This document shows positions 1 through 9,493 of a DNA stretch of 64,000 nucleotides, piece by piece. Position numbers and translations under genes: made by a program. Under the pieces are notes generated by a model that saw only the letters and a program-made list of their open reading frames with translations, searched no databases and was not told the DNA's origin. The stretch is from Cyanobacteria bacterium P01_A01_bin.123 (GTDB lineage: Bacteria; Cyanobacteriota; Cyanobacteriia; Phormidesmidales; Phormidesmidaceae), in NCBI GenBank assembly GCA_039815185.1, contig JBCBZT010000041.1, forward strand, positions 1-64,000, given 5' to 3'. Within the stretch, counting starts at the first letter, position 1. Every line of letters starts with the position of its first letter.

Positions 1-5
1 AACGC

Positions 6-539
6 TTGCTGCATCTAAGCGTGTCACCGCTGAAACAGCACAAAGACTTTGCCAAGGTCGAATCAAATTTGAATTGGATTCTGACCGAAGATGGCGCGGC
101 CGTCTTTGGGTGGACGCGCCTCAAGCCAGGATATTATGGCTTACTGCACTACGATGCACGTCCTGAGATTACGGGCATGAGTGAAGATCGTTCTGTATGC
201 TGGCGAGATCAGTCGCGCGTTCTCGTGATCCGGGTGCGCCCACGAAAAAGCTATTATCTCGATTCCATGGAAACACATCTGGTGCATTTGATGAGAACGA
301 GACCTGAGGGCTTCATAGAGCTCCAACAGTCTGTGCGAATGTTTGGTAAGCTATGGCCGCAAACTTTGCTGGGGTTTAGATATTTCGAGCACTTCGAACC
401 AATAGGTGGCATGTGGTTTCTGCCAGATTTATCAAACCCGGAAAGACTTTGCGCCATTGAGCCGGCGTTTCAGCACGAGGGTACTGGACGCAATAAGTTC
501 GTTCTGCCTGAACCATGGCTGCCCGCTTTAACGGAATAG
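6..539 (+). CDS. Hypothetical protein, probably 5'-truncated by the window edge
   Basis: 177-aa ORF directly upstream of ftsB in the same orientation; no motif recognised. Confidence 0.5.
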   Translation: MLHLSVSPLKQHKDFAKVESNLNWILTEDGAAVFGWTRLKPGYYGLLHYDARPEITGMSEDRSVCWRDQSRVLVIRVRPRKSYYLDSMETHLVHLMRTRPEGFIELQQSVRMFGKLWPQTLLGFRYFEHFEPIGGMWFLPDLSNPERLCAIEPAFQHEGTGRNKFVLPEPWLPALTE

Positions 540-585
540 TAACTACGCGTCAGTGATTCTTAAGCCAAGTTCGGAGCTGAAACTG

Positions 586-924
586 ATGACGTCTAAATGG
601 GCTGCTGGGGCCTTATCTTTGACAGTGGCTTATTTTGCTTACCACGCTTTTGCGGGAGAGCAGGGGCTTGGTAAATGGACGGACAAACAGTCAGAGCTGG
701 CAGACAAAAAGGCCGTGCTAGCGCAACTGAATGAGGAAAATGCTGCGCTGCAAAAAGACATAGCTCGACTGACTCCAGGGCAAATTGACCCCGATTTGGT
801 AGAATACCTCGCAAGGCGCGATCTCGGCTTCGTGTATCCAAGTGAACTCGTGTTGGTTGACCGCGCTGTCAAGCATGCGGCTGTGCCTCACTTTGCAGAC
901 CCAATTGCTCGTTCAGCACATTGA
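586..924 (+). CDS. ftsB: Septum formation initiator FtsB/DivIC family, alphaproteobacterial type; 3' end after ~880 probably runs across a junction
   Basis: TM segment YFAYHAFAGEQGL, coiled coil, then DPDLVEYLARRDLGFVYPSE motif. Confidence 0.8.
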   Translation: MTSKWAAGALSLTVAYFAYHAFAGEQGLGKWTDKQSELADKKAVLAQLNEENAALQKDIARLTPGQIDPDLVEYLARRDLGFVYPSELVLVDRAVKHAAVPHFADPIARSAH

Positions 925-1180
925 TGCTGGCATCGCACAGGACGCCCGATGTGTCGGCCTCGGTGGATGCAATGGGTTCCCCTAAGTCACCTTCTGGCCG
1001 ATCGCCACCCGGCCGGCCTGCGGGTGAACCGCCTGCGGGTGGGCCACCTTCTGGCCTGACTTGGGCAACATCTTGAGTCACGCTTTCGTGACCTTGCTGG
1101 GCCATCGGACTATGTAATCCGAATGCCAGCACCGCGATCGCAACGCCCAATGCGAGAACGATTAATCCTACTTTTTTCAT
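869..1180 (-). CDS. N-terminal fragment of a secreted YHYH-type protein, cut at ~881
   Basis: Signal peptide MKKVGLIVLALG, GGPP-rich linker, DTSGVLCD segment resembling YHYH-protein N-termini, then an abrupt end; GGAG RBS upstream of 1180. Confidence 0.55.
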   Translation of the reverse strand: MKKVGLIVLALGVAIAVLAFGLHSPMAQQGHESVTQDVAQVRPEGGPPAGGSPAGRPGGDRPEGDLGEPIASTEADTSGVLCDASINVLNEQLGLQSEAQPHA

Positions 1181-1272
1181 TGATATAGCTCCAGTCAAAG
1201 AGAAAGCTAAATAGCACGAGTAAGCTGGTGTTTTATCAGCGATCGCTGACCCACTTTATTACGGCGAAAAGA

Positions 1273-2295
1273 TTACTGAACGGTTTTTCTGGCCAGAACT
1301 AAATTATCCAAAACTAGATTAGAAGACCAGATAAACTCAGCATTAGCGCCGATAAAAACGTCAGAAAAATTGGTGTAGCTACGCTTGTTGTTGACACCGA
1401 CTGTTTCATTGGAATAGGTCACGGCCTCAGGCCAACCAGCATCATCAAAACTCTCTGAAAACCAGTCTTCAGGAACTGGATAATGCAGGGCATAGCAAGA
1501 TTCATCACAGTTCGGACTTTCTGCATTAGCATCAGAAGAATCGCGCACATTACCGTCTTCTCTGACGCTTTGTGGATTCTCCAGCGGCGCAATATAAAAG
1601 GTCTGGGCTCGCCAGCTAGCATCGGTGACAGTACCGTCGCTAAAGCTAGCCACAAAACCGCCATCACCCGGATGATAATCTGACCCTTGATTGCTTTCTG
1701 TTCCCAACCCCAAATTCTCTTCCCAATCGATTAGCTTAACGGCATAGGTGATGGGCTTTTTCACTCTGAAACGAACGATACTAGAATTAAAGGGCGTAAA
1801 GGGTACCGGATCGACAGCAACCAGCTCTCCATTGACGTAAAGTTCAAAGTAATTATCTGCAAAAATATAGCCGGTAATGATTTCACCATCCGGATCAATT
1901 TCCGCAACAGGAATCGATTCTAAATCGACCTCTTGAACGCTGTTGTAGGTAATTTGAAGGCACTCGTTATACAGATCAGCCGCTTTAGGGCCTGCTTCAA
2001 AGTTGTTTTCTGCAGGCACAATCCAATCCGTACCATCGGCTGCCGTAATGGTGCCCACAGCACTGATGCGTGCTCCGGACATAGAACAATTGAGTAAATT
2101 TTCTATGATTATGATCGGGGCCCGCCCCTGAGTAGTAGAACCGAGTGGACTAGGTACTTGTGATATCGGATCTGATACATCAGCAGCTGTGGGTGGCGTG
2201 TCTTGCACCCCCTCAAGCGGCGAAGTTAGCGTACAAGAGAAGGATATTAAAAGGACAGTGATAACAAAACTTAGAGTCGCCAGCTTTGGAGACAT
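1273..2295 (-). CDS. Secreted/lipoprotein with lectin-like beta-sandwich domain
   Basis: Lipobox-like LLISFSC; ADNYFELYVNG and FDDAGWPEA motifs; several Cys. Confidence 0.65.
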   Translation of the reverse strand: MSPKLATLSFVITVLLISFSCTLTSPLEGVQDTPPTAADVSDPISQVPSPLGSTTQGRAPIIIIENLLNCSMSGARISAVGTITAADGTDWIVPAENNFEAGPKAADLYNECLQITYNSVQEVDLESIPVAEIDPDGEIITGYIFADNYFELYVNGELVAVDPVPFTPFNSSIVRFRVKKPITYAVKLIDWEENLGLGTESNQGSDYHPGDGGFVASFSDGTVTDASWRAQTFYIAPLENPQSVREDGNVRDSSDANAESPNCDESCYALHYPVPEDWFSESFDDAGWPEAVTYSNETVGVNNKRSYTNFSDVFIGANAEFIWSSNLVLDNLVLARKTVQ

Positions 2296-2391
2296 GGCAG
2301 TTATTAGGGCAAGAATAGAGATTCCTGCCCCATGATTTTGTCAGGTACTTTACGGACGATTTGACAGGGCGATTAAAATTGCAACCTGTTG

Positions 2392-2658
2392 TTATCCTAT
2401 GGTTATCGTGAGTCTGGCAGGTGACCTCGGTTCCGGTTCCTGAGCGGGTTGTGGTGCGGGTTGCGGCGCTGGCTGTGGTGCGGGTTGCGGTGCGGGTTGT
2501 GGTACTGACCTCTCCACTCTCTGGGCAACAGTATGATGAGGCCTCTCCTCCACTTCATAGGCTTGTGCACTCGCGGCTGTAGCTGTGATCAAGCCTGCGC
2601 AAGAAACACTTGCCAACGTTGTGGTCACAAAACCTTTGACCTTTCGATTTAGTTTCAT
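2392..2658 (-). CDS. Small secreted protein with PQPA repeats
   Basis: AGGAG RBS; signal peptide ending ASA-QA; tandem PQPA units. Confidence 0.6.
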   Translation of the reverse strand: MKLNRKVKGFVTTTLASVSCAGLITATAASAQAYEVEERPHHTVAQRVERSVPQPAPQPAPQPAPQPAPQPAQEPEPRSPARLTITIG

Positions 2659-2793
2659 TTTACGGCTCCTAAAATCTAAAGAGTAGTGATGATTGGAACC
2701 TCTCATTGCAAGTTTTTTTTTAACACCCGCAACTCAAGATTTACACAACGCTTGACTACATAAACAATAGAAAAAATGCCAATAGAAAACATC

Positions 2794-2860
2794 AGTCATA
2801 AGTCACGATCAACCTATAGTCATAAGTCACGATCAACCTATGTCTAAAGTCACGATAAAT
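2794..2860. promoter_or_regulatory. Tandem 24-bp direct repeats containing candidate NarL/LuxR-type boxes
   Basis: AGTCATAAGTCACGATCAACCTAT x2 (2794, 2818) plus a degenerate third copy GTCTAAAGTCACGAT (2842), upstream of the 2658 gene. Confidence 0.6.
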
Positions 2861-2929
2861 TAATCAGAAAGGCGATCGCGGTTAAGAGGTTGCTTTAAAG
2901 GTGATTGACTATGCCATTAAGCACTGCAT

Positions 2930-3005
2930 GATCTCCTCTACCTCCCTTAAAAAAGGGGGAAACAACCTCTTAATCCCCCTTTTCAAGGGGGATTAAGGGG
3001 GATCT
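2930..3005. repeat. Cyanobacterial short dispersed repeat (double hairpin)
   Basis: CTCCCTTAAAAAAGGGGG and TAATCCCCCTTTTCAAGGGGGATTA inverted repeats. Confidence 0.7.
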
Positions 3006-3155
3006 CAAGCATTTTGCTACCAAAATTAAGACCTTTAAAGCAGTCTCTAACTGATATCCCCCTCAACGCCTATCTCAAAGGCTTGATTCTCAGCATGATC
3101 GAAGAGAGAATACCGCGCTCTGCAGTCAACGCGCGCGCGTTGTGGCCAGCTTACC

Positions 3156-4724
3156 TTAGTTTCCGGCGATATTCGATAAGAGGCTTGTTAAGACTGCCTC
3201 AGTTCCCAACGCATACAGCTGTTGTACGTACTTGGTGACAGACGCTGTAAAGTGCGCAGACTTAGACAAATCACCAAAGAGATTCTGCATATTGAGTAGT
3301 TGGGTTGGGTCATGTCCCCCAGACTGAGCTTTTTCGATCAGCGTGTCTGCCATCGGATCGTCAATCGGTAGCGGCTGCCCCTGTTCATCTTCACCATTTA
3401 AGTAGCGGCACCAAGCGGCGATGGTAAAGCTGAGAAATTCTATGGAGCCACCTTGTTTGAGCTTGTCTCGCAGGCTGCCGAGAAGAAACTTAGGCAGCTT
3501 ATCTGAGCTGTTGAGACACAGGCGAGATAGTTGGTCGCGAATTTTGGGATTGGAAAATCGTTCGATGAGGGTGTGTTGGTAGTCATCAAGGTTAATGCCT
3601 GGCAGCGGCGGTAGGGTCGGGATGACTTCTGCTATCAAGCACTGAGTCGCGGTTCGAATCAGTTCGTCGGCCATTGCCTCAGAGGTGTAGGTGTAGCCCC
3701 GCAGCGATCCCAGGTAGCCGATTAGCAAATGGCTGGCATTGAGCAACCGGATCTTCATCATCTCGTAGGGATGAACATCGTCCGTCATTTGAACCCCGAC
3801 AGATTCCCAAGCGGGTCGCCCCGCACAAAAGCGATCTTCAACCACCCATTGGATAAACGGTTCTGCAACGACAGGCCAGACATCTTCAATGCCAAACTGG
3901 TCACTCACCATTTGAATATCGGCAGGGGTGATTGCTGGGGTAATTCGATCCACCATGCTGTTGGGAAAGGTGACATGCTCAGCAATCCACTGGCCTAAAT
4001 CTGGATTTTGCAGATTGGCAAAGGTCGTCAGCATTTTGCCCGCAACGTTGCCGTTACCCTGGATGTTGTCACAAGACAAGACCGTAAAAGGGGGCAAACC
4101 ATTTTGTCGTCGTTGATTCAGCGCAGCGGTGAGAAAACCGTAAACTCCGATCGGCTGATTGGGATGCTGCAAGTCATGCTGGATGGTGGGATGGTGGGCA
4201 TCGAACTCGCCAGTGCCTTCGATTACGAAGTAGCCGCCTTCTGTGATCGTCAGTGTGACAATGCGGCATTGCGCACTGGCAAGGGTATCAATGACAGCCT
4301 GTGGGTTATCTGGCGCGAATAAATACCGGGTGATTGCACCAATAATCCGGGCCGTGTCTTTTTGGGGAGACCGTTCTATCAACGTGTACAAACAGTCTTG
4401 GGCATGCAAAGCCACTCGCATTTTTTCGTCATATTTCAGCAAGCCAACGCCGCAAATGCCCCAATGATCACCCGGCTCACTGTTTGAGTGCTGTGCCTGC
4501 TCTATATAGTTGTCCAGATAGAGGGCTTGATGGGCCCGATGGAATCCACCTACGCCGATATGGACAATGCCATTTGTGACGGCCTGACGGTCATACCGGG
4601 GAGTACGAACTTGCTCGGACTGTTGTAAGAGTGATTTGTCACTCAGCGGGATGGTGTTTTTTATGGGCTGTCTGCTGGGGTTTGGATTGCTGGACGGGTT
4701 GGATAGATTGGGGCTGCTGCTCAT
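3156..4724 (-). CDS. mtlK: Mannitol 2-dehydrogenase (long-chain polyol dehydrogenase family)
   Basis: IVHIGVGGFHRAHQA, LTITEGGY, LSCDN, FPNSMVDRITP, KIRLLNASH motifs; symbol follows Rhodobacter nomenclature. Confidence 0.92.
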   Translation of the reverse strand: MSSSPNLSNPSSNPNPSRQPIKNTIPLSDKSLLQQSEQVRTPRYDRQAVTNGIVHIGVGGFHRAHQALYLDNYIEQAQHSNSEPGDHWGICGVGLLKYDEKMRVALHAQDCLYTLIERSPQKDTARIIGAITRYLFAPDNPQAVIDTLASAQCRIVTLTITEGGYFVIEGTGEFDAHHPTIQHDLQHPNQPIGVYGFLTAALNQRRQNGLPPFTVLSCDNIQGNGNVAGKMLTTFANLQNPDLGQWIAEHVTFPNSMVDRITPAITPADIQMVSDQFGIEDVWPVVAEPFIQWVVEDRFCAGRPAWESVGVQMTDDVHPYEMMKIRLLNASHLLIGYLGSLRGYTYTSEAMADELIRTATQCLIAEVIPTLPPLPGINLDDYQHTLIERFSNPKIRDQLSRLCLNSSDKLPKFLLGSLRDKLKQGGSIEFLSFTIAAWCRYLNGEDEQGQPLPIDDPMADTLIEKAQSGGHDPTQLLNMQNLFGDLSKSAHFTASVTKYVQQLYALGTEAVLTSLLSNIAGN

Positions 4725-5838
4725 GCGGTTTTTCTAAGGTGAGGTGATGTCGTTGGGCTTTGGGAATTGCAATGCCCTCAGCATCGAATAGGTGACATAG
4801 GTTGCCATCAATATGAATGGGAACTTGATCCCGAATCGCGATCGGTCTGTCGCCATTGGTTTGGATGATCAATGTATCGCCACCGGCCACTTTGACATAG
4901 AGATAAGTGACATCCCCCAGATGCTCAACGACGAGTACTTCGCCCATCAGGGTAGGTTGCTCAGCGTCAATGTAAAGGTGTTCGGGGCGAATGCCGAGGG
5001 TGGCGCGATCGCCCACCATTAGCGTTTTCGGCTGCACAGGTACGGTTACCGCTGCATCGCCGGGCAGTCTAAGCGTCGTCCCTGAGTCTTGGACGCTCGT
5101 GGTCATCACCGGCAGAAAGTTCATCTTAGGCGAGCCGATAAATCCGGCCACAAATTGATTGCGGGGATGGTGGTATAGCTCCATGGGTGTTCCCACCTGC
5201 TCGATGACACCCTTTTGCAAAACAACAATTTTGTTGGCTAGGGTCATGGCTTCAACCTGATCGTGGGTGACGTAGATCATGGTCGCCCCCAGGCTGTTGT
5301 GGAGGTTCGCCAACTCCAGCCGCATATCGCCTCTTAGAGTTGCATCTAGGTTTGACAATGGCTCGTCCAATAAAAACACTTTGGGGTTACGAACCAGGGC
5401 TCGCCCGATGGCGACCCGCTGCCGTTGCCCGCCGGATAGGGCTTTGGGTTTACGGTTTAAGAGCGGCTCCAGCTGCAAAATTCGTCCGACGTCCCGCGCC
5501 CGTTCATAGCGTTGAGCTTTGGGTACACCGGCTAACCGTAGGCTAAAGGCCATGTTTTCAGCGACCGTCATGTGGGGGTAGAGGGCGTAGGTTTGAAACA
5601 CCATTGCAAACCCCCGCTGATCGGGTGGTATATCGTTCATGCGCTGGCCATCCATCATCAGATCGCCAGCGGTAATGTCCTCCAGACCAGCAATCATTCT
5701 CAGGAGTGTAGATTTACCACAGCCCGATGGCCCGACAAACACAACAAATTCACCATCTTGAATGTCAAGATCTATGCCCTTGATAATTTCGGTATCAGTG
5801 TAGGTTTTGTGGATGTCTCTGAGGGTGACAGTTGACAT
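4639..5838 (-). CDS. smoK: Polyol ABC transporter ATP-binding subunit (MalK family)
   Basis: GPSGCGKST, LSGGQRQRVA, LLDEP, C-terminal TOBE region. Confidence 0.92.
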   Translation of the reverse strand: MSTVTLRDIHKTYTDTEIIKGIDLDIQDGEFVVFVGPSGCGKSTLLRMIAGLEDITAGDLMMDGQRMNDIPPDQRGFAMVFQTYALYPHMTVAENMAFSLRLAGVPKAQRYERARDVGRILQLEPLLNRKPKALSGGQRQRVAIGRALVRNPKVFLLDEPLSNLDATLRGDMRLELANLHNSLGATMIYVTHDQVEAMTLANKIVVLQKGVIEQVGTPMELYHHPRNQFVAGFIGSPKMNFLPVMTTSVQDSGTTLRLPGDAAVTVPVQPKTLMVGDRATLGIRPEHLYIDAEQPTLMGEVLVVEHLGDVTYLYVKVAGGDTLIIQTNGDRPIAIRDQVPIHIDGNLCHLFDAEGIAIPKAQRHHLTLEKPHEQQPQSIQPVQQSKPQQTAHKKHHPAE

Positions 5839-5880
5839 AATTAACTCGCTTTACTAAATGAATGTGAGCCTAAACATAGC

Positions 5881-5946
5881 GCTGGCCAGATTGCTTAGTG
5901 CACCAAGTATCGCTGGGATGCTGAGTCTACAGGCAATCTGGCTCGC
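5881..5946 (-). repeat. Intergenic hairpin element, copy 1
   Basis: GCCAGATTGC...GCAATCTGGC terminal inverted repeat; near reverse complement of 10413-10478. Confidence 0.8.
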
Positions 5947-6012
5947 AGTCTTGTCCTAATCGGACTGGCGACTGCTATAAATCCAAATGACAGCGTGGCA
6001 GCAACAGTGCGT

Positions 6013-6834
6013 TTACTTAACGGCTCCAAAGGTAAGCCCGCGGACCAGCTGTTTTTGACTCATCCAACCCAGTAGGAGAATAGGGGCGATCGCCATGGTT
6101 GAAGCAGCCGACAGTTTGGCCCAGAAAAGGCCCTGGGGACTTGAGAACGAGGCAATAAATGCGGTCAATGGCGCGGCATTGAAGGTAGTCAAATTCAAAC
6201 TCCAAAATGCTTCGTTCCAGGACAAAATGATGGACAGTAGGGCTGTGGAGGCGATGCCGGGTAGCGCCAATGGCAACAGCACATGGACGACTTCTTGATA
6301 GGTTGTGGCACCATCCATCCGGTCTGCTTCTAGAATTTCTTTCGGTACTTCTTTGAAAAAGCTGTAGATCATCCAGATTACAATCGGCAAATTAATCAGG
6401 GTGTAAATGATAATCAGACCGATGCGGGTGTCTAACAGGCCAGACTCACGGCCCAAAATATAAATGGGAACCAACACCCCAACCGGCGGCAACATTTTGG
6501 TCGAAAGCATCCATAGCAGGGTGCCTTTCGTTCGTTTGGTTGGGAAAAAAGACATGGCATAGGCTGCGGGCACGCCCAACACCAGGGCTAAAACCGTAGC
6601 GCCAACCGAGACGATTATGCTGTTCCAGGCATAGTTGAAGTAGGCGGCCCGATCCTGAACCGCCGCGTAGTTCTCAAGCGTCGGCTGAAAGAAAATTTGA
6701 GGCGGTGTCGCAACGGCAGCCACTTCTGTTTTAAAGCTGGTGATAAACATCCAAAAGATGGGAAAGAACAAAAGGCTAGCGACCAGCCAAGCCAACAGCC
6801 CCACCAGCCATTGATTAGATTTGTTCGTTTTCAT
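6013..6834 (-). CDS. smoG: Polyol ABC transporter permease (MalG-like)
   Basis: Six TM segments, EADRMDGA loop, ends RGLTFGAVK. Confidence 0.9.
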   Translation of the reverse strand: MKTNKSNQWLVGLLAWLVASLLFFPIFWMFITSFKTEVAAVATPPQIFFQPTLENYAAVQDRAAYFNYAWNSIIVSVGATVLALVLGVPAAYAMSFFPTKRTKGTLLWMLSTKMLPPVGVLVPIYILGRESGLLDTRIGLIIIYTLINLPIVIWMIYSFFKEVPKEILEADRMDGATTYQEVVHVLLPLALPGIASTALLSIILSWNEAFWSLNLTTFNAAPLTAFIASFSSPQGLFWAKLSAASTMAIAPILLLGWMSQKQLVRGLTFGAVK

Positions 6835-6835
6835 A

Positions 6836-7753
6836 TTAAGCATCCAAATTGCGAGCAACACTACGCACTAAAAAGATGGCGACGATGTTAGCCAGGACAA
6901 CGGCGATCAAACCGCCTGCAGAAGCGCCACCGACATCGAACTCTAGCAATGCCTTTAGATAGATGTAATAGGCCAGGTTGGTGGTGGCCAGACCTGGGCC
7001 ACCCCCGGTCGTGACGAAAATCTCGGCAAAAATCGTCAGAAAGAAGATGGTTTCGATCATCGCCACAATGGCGATCGCCCGGTGTAAGTGAGGCAGCACC
7101 ACAAACCGAAACAAGGCAACCGGCTTGGCACCATCCATCCGAGCAGCTTCAAGCTGTGCCGTATCGAGGGACTGAATAGCCGTCAGCAAAATCAGCAGTG
7201 CAAAGGGTAGCCATTGCCAGGACACGATGATGACAATAGACAGCAGTGGCAGATCGGCAAACCAGTCAATCGCGCCTAGACCTAGAGCCTGAGTAATCTG
7301 AGCAAACAGCCCGTTAGCCGGGTGCATCAGCATATTTTTCCAGATCAGGGCGCTAACGGTCGGCATCACAAAGAAGGGTGAAATCGCTAGCACTCTGGCG
7401 ATACCTCGTCCTGGAAATTCCTGATTAAACAGCACCGCCAGCAGCGTCCCTAAGCTAATCGTGATCACTAGCACGGACGCCACCAAAACCAGCGTGATGC
7501 CAATGGAAATCCACAGCGCCGGATCGGTGAGAATGAAGATAAAGTTGTTGATCCCAACGAATCCACGATTATCAGGAATCAGCAGATTGTAGCGCTGGAA
7601 GGCGAACCAAACCGCCATTGCCAAGGGCACCAGCATCCATAGGAGCAGCACAATCACTGACGGGGCTAATAACGCTAAACTGGGCACCTTTCGAGATCGC
7701 GCCCGAGAGGCAGACGGTGGTGTTGGCTGTAATTTTGCGATGGAAGATGTCAT
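6836..7753 (-). CDS. smoF: Polyol ABC transporter permease (MalF-like)
   Basis: EAARMDGA loop, multiple TM segments. Confidence 0.9.
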   Translation of the reverse strand: MTSSIAKLQPTPPSASRARSRKVPSLALLAPSVIVLLLWMLVPLAMAVWFAFQRYNLLIPDNRGFVGINNFIFILTDPALWISIGITLVLVASVLVITISLGTLLAVLFNQEFPGRGIARVLAISPFFVMPTVSALIWKNMLMHPANGLFAQITQALGLGAIDWFADLPLLSIVIIVSWQWLPFALLILLTAIQSLDTAQLEAARMDGAKPVALFRFVVLPHLHRAIAIVAMIETIFFLTIFAEIFVTTGGGPGLATTNLAYYIYLKALLEFDVGGASAGGLIAVVLANIVAIFLVRSVARNLDA

Positions 7754-7765
7754 AATCGCTTGCTC

Positions 7766-9115
7766 CTAATCGATATATCCGGTGTGGCGCATAAACCGTT
7801 CAGCGACCGCCTGCGATCGCGCCAGCGCCTGATCAACCGAGACTTTATCCGCTAATGCCGCAGCCATCCGCTGTCCGACCTGGGTACCAATGGCCTGAAA
7901 TTCTGGAATATCGACGTACTGAACCCCCTTATAGGGCGTCGGAGAGGCCGCAGGACTTTCAATATCAGCAGACTCAATGGAACTCAACACCGTCTTGGCA
8001 AAGGGAGCGACTTCTTGATAGTTAGGGTTTTCGTAAGTCGAGGTGCGCGTGCCCGGTGGCACAGAAACCCACCCTGATTCATCCGCTACTAACTGAATGT
8101 ATGCTTTAGACGTGGCCCAGGTAATAAATCGCTGGGCAGCCTCGGGCGATCGCGACGTTTCAGGAATTGCCAAAGCCCAAGACCAGAGCCAATTTGAACC
8201 ATTGGGGTAAGACTCAACCGGGGCCCGCGCAAAACCGACTTTATCCGCGACTTGCGACAGATCAGGATTAGACAATAACCCCGCTGCAACCGTGGCATCA
8301 ATCCACATGCCGCATTTGCCCGTGGAGAACAACGCCAGGTTCTCATTAAAGCCATTAGAACTGGCACCGGGTGGGCCGTAATTATTCAGCACGTCCACAT
8401 AGAAATTGACCGCGTTTTTCCATTCCGGTGTGTTGAGTTGGGGTTGCCAGTCCATATCAAACCACTGTCCCCCAAACGTATTCACCAGCGTGGTTAAAAA
8501 CGCCATGTTCTCACCCCAGCCGGGTTTACCACGCAAACACATACCGTAAACTTCATTCTCCGGATCGTTTACCTGGCTGGCCCACGATTCCACCTGTGCA
8601 TAGGTCGGATTTTCGGGTACCTTAATCCCTGCTTGCTCAAACAGATCGCGGCGGTAATACAGCATCGAACTTTCCCCGTAGAACGGCAGTGCATAGAGCG
8701 TACCGTCTTGGGAAAGTCCCTGCCGGATCGGATCAATCAGGTCGTCAACATCGTATTCGGCGGGTAGCCGATCGAGTGGCTTTAGCCAACCCCGTTTTGC
8801 CCAAATCGGCGTTTCGTAAGCGCCAATCGTCAACACATCAAACTGACCGCCCTGACTCGCCACGTCAGTCGTCGTGCGCTGACGCAGAATATTCTCTTCG
8901 AGCATCACCCATTGCAGTTCAATGTCAGGGTTGTCAGCTTCAAACTGACGAGAGAGACCCTGCATCACCACCATATCGCCGTTGTTGACGGTGGCAATGG
9001 TTACCCGTGCCGTTTCAGTTGCTTGTGGTCTAGCGCCACAGGCATGCAGCAGCTGTATCAGCATGACGCCTACGAGGAACGTCGCTACCACCTTGGCGAA
9101 GCGAAATATGCGCAC
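7766..9115 (-). CDS. smoE: Sorbitol/mannitol ABC transporter substrate-binding lipoprotein
   Basis: Lipobox LLHAC; IATVNNGDM, CLRGKPGWGEN and WLWSWAL motifs of SmoE/MtlE. Confidence 0.9.
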   Translation of the reverse strand: MRIFRFAKVVATFLVGVMLIQLLHACGARPQATETARVTIATVNNGDMVVMQGLSRQFEADNPDIELQWVMLEENILRQRTTTDVASQGGQFDVLTIGAYETPIWAKRGWLKPLDRLPAEYDVDDLIDPIRQGLSQDGTLYALPFYGESSMLYYRRDLFEQAGIKVPENPTYAQVESWASQVNDPENEVYGMCLRGKPGWGENMAFLTTLVNTFGGQWFDMDWQPQLNTPEWKNAVNFYVDVLNNYGPPGASSNGFNENLALFSTGKCGMWIDATVAAGLLSNPDLSQVADKVGFARAPVESYPNGSNWLWSWALAIPETSRSPEAAQRFITWATSKAYIQLVADESGWVSVPPGTRTSTYENPNYQEVAPFAKTVLSSIESADIESPAASPTPYKGVQYVDIPEFQAIGTQVGQRMAAALADKVSVDQALARSQAVAERFMRHTGYID

Positions 9116-9155
9116 CGCTCGACTCCTTATCGGTTGTATTTCAAAAAAGAATTAT

Positions 9156-9190
9156 TTGACCTTATGCTTAAGTCTTGAGCAAAAGCTCAT
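9156..9190. promoter_or_regulatory. Paired palindromic operator upstream of smoE (candidate SorC/SmoC sites)
   Basis: TTGACCTTATGCTTAA (9156) and TTGAGCAAAAGCTCAT (9175), 19 bp apart. Confidence 0.65.
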
Positions 9191-9381
9191 TAATGAAATA
9201 GTACTGGCGGCATTGAAAATTATGAGAGCAGCGATATAATTTGCAACAATTCTTGCTTTAGGATTTATAAAATACCTATTTTGGTAGAAAAATAAGCGTG
9301 GAAAGTTTTATGGCGATTTTAATCGCTGATGTCGATGACACAAGGATTGATGGAACTGAGCTAACTAGTTATAAGTAATTT

Positions 9382-9416
9382 TTGAGCATCAATCCAAATA
9401 TTGAGCATATACTCAA
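9382..9416. promoter_or_regulatory. Paired palindromic operator upstream of the ROK kinase gene
   Basis: TTGAGCATCAATCCAA (9382) and TTGAGCATATACTCAA (9401), 19 bp apart. Confidence 0.65.
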
Positions 9417-9493
9417 AGCATCTGGCAGATTTTAGTCCCGCTTTCCGCTTGGGAGGGGCTGATCTCGAACTTGAATACTATGAGAGAACTGTA

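Noticed and set aside
2794..2860. 24-bp repeats as a CRISPR array or iterons
   Set aside because: Contiguous copies with no spacers, and no cas or rep gene nearby
3014..3238. 74-aa ORF on the plus strand
   Set aside because: Overlaps the mtlK 3' end antisense; no RBS or motif recognised
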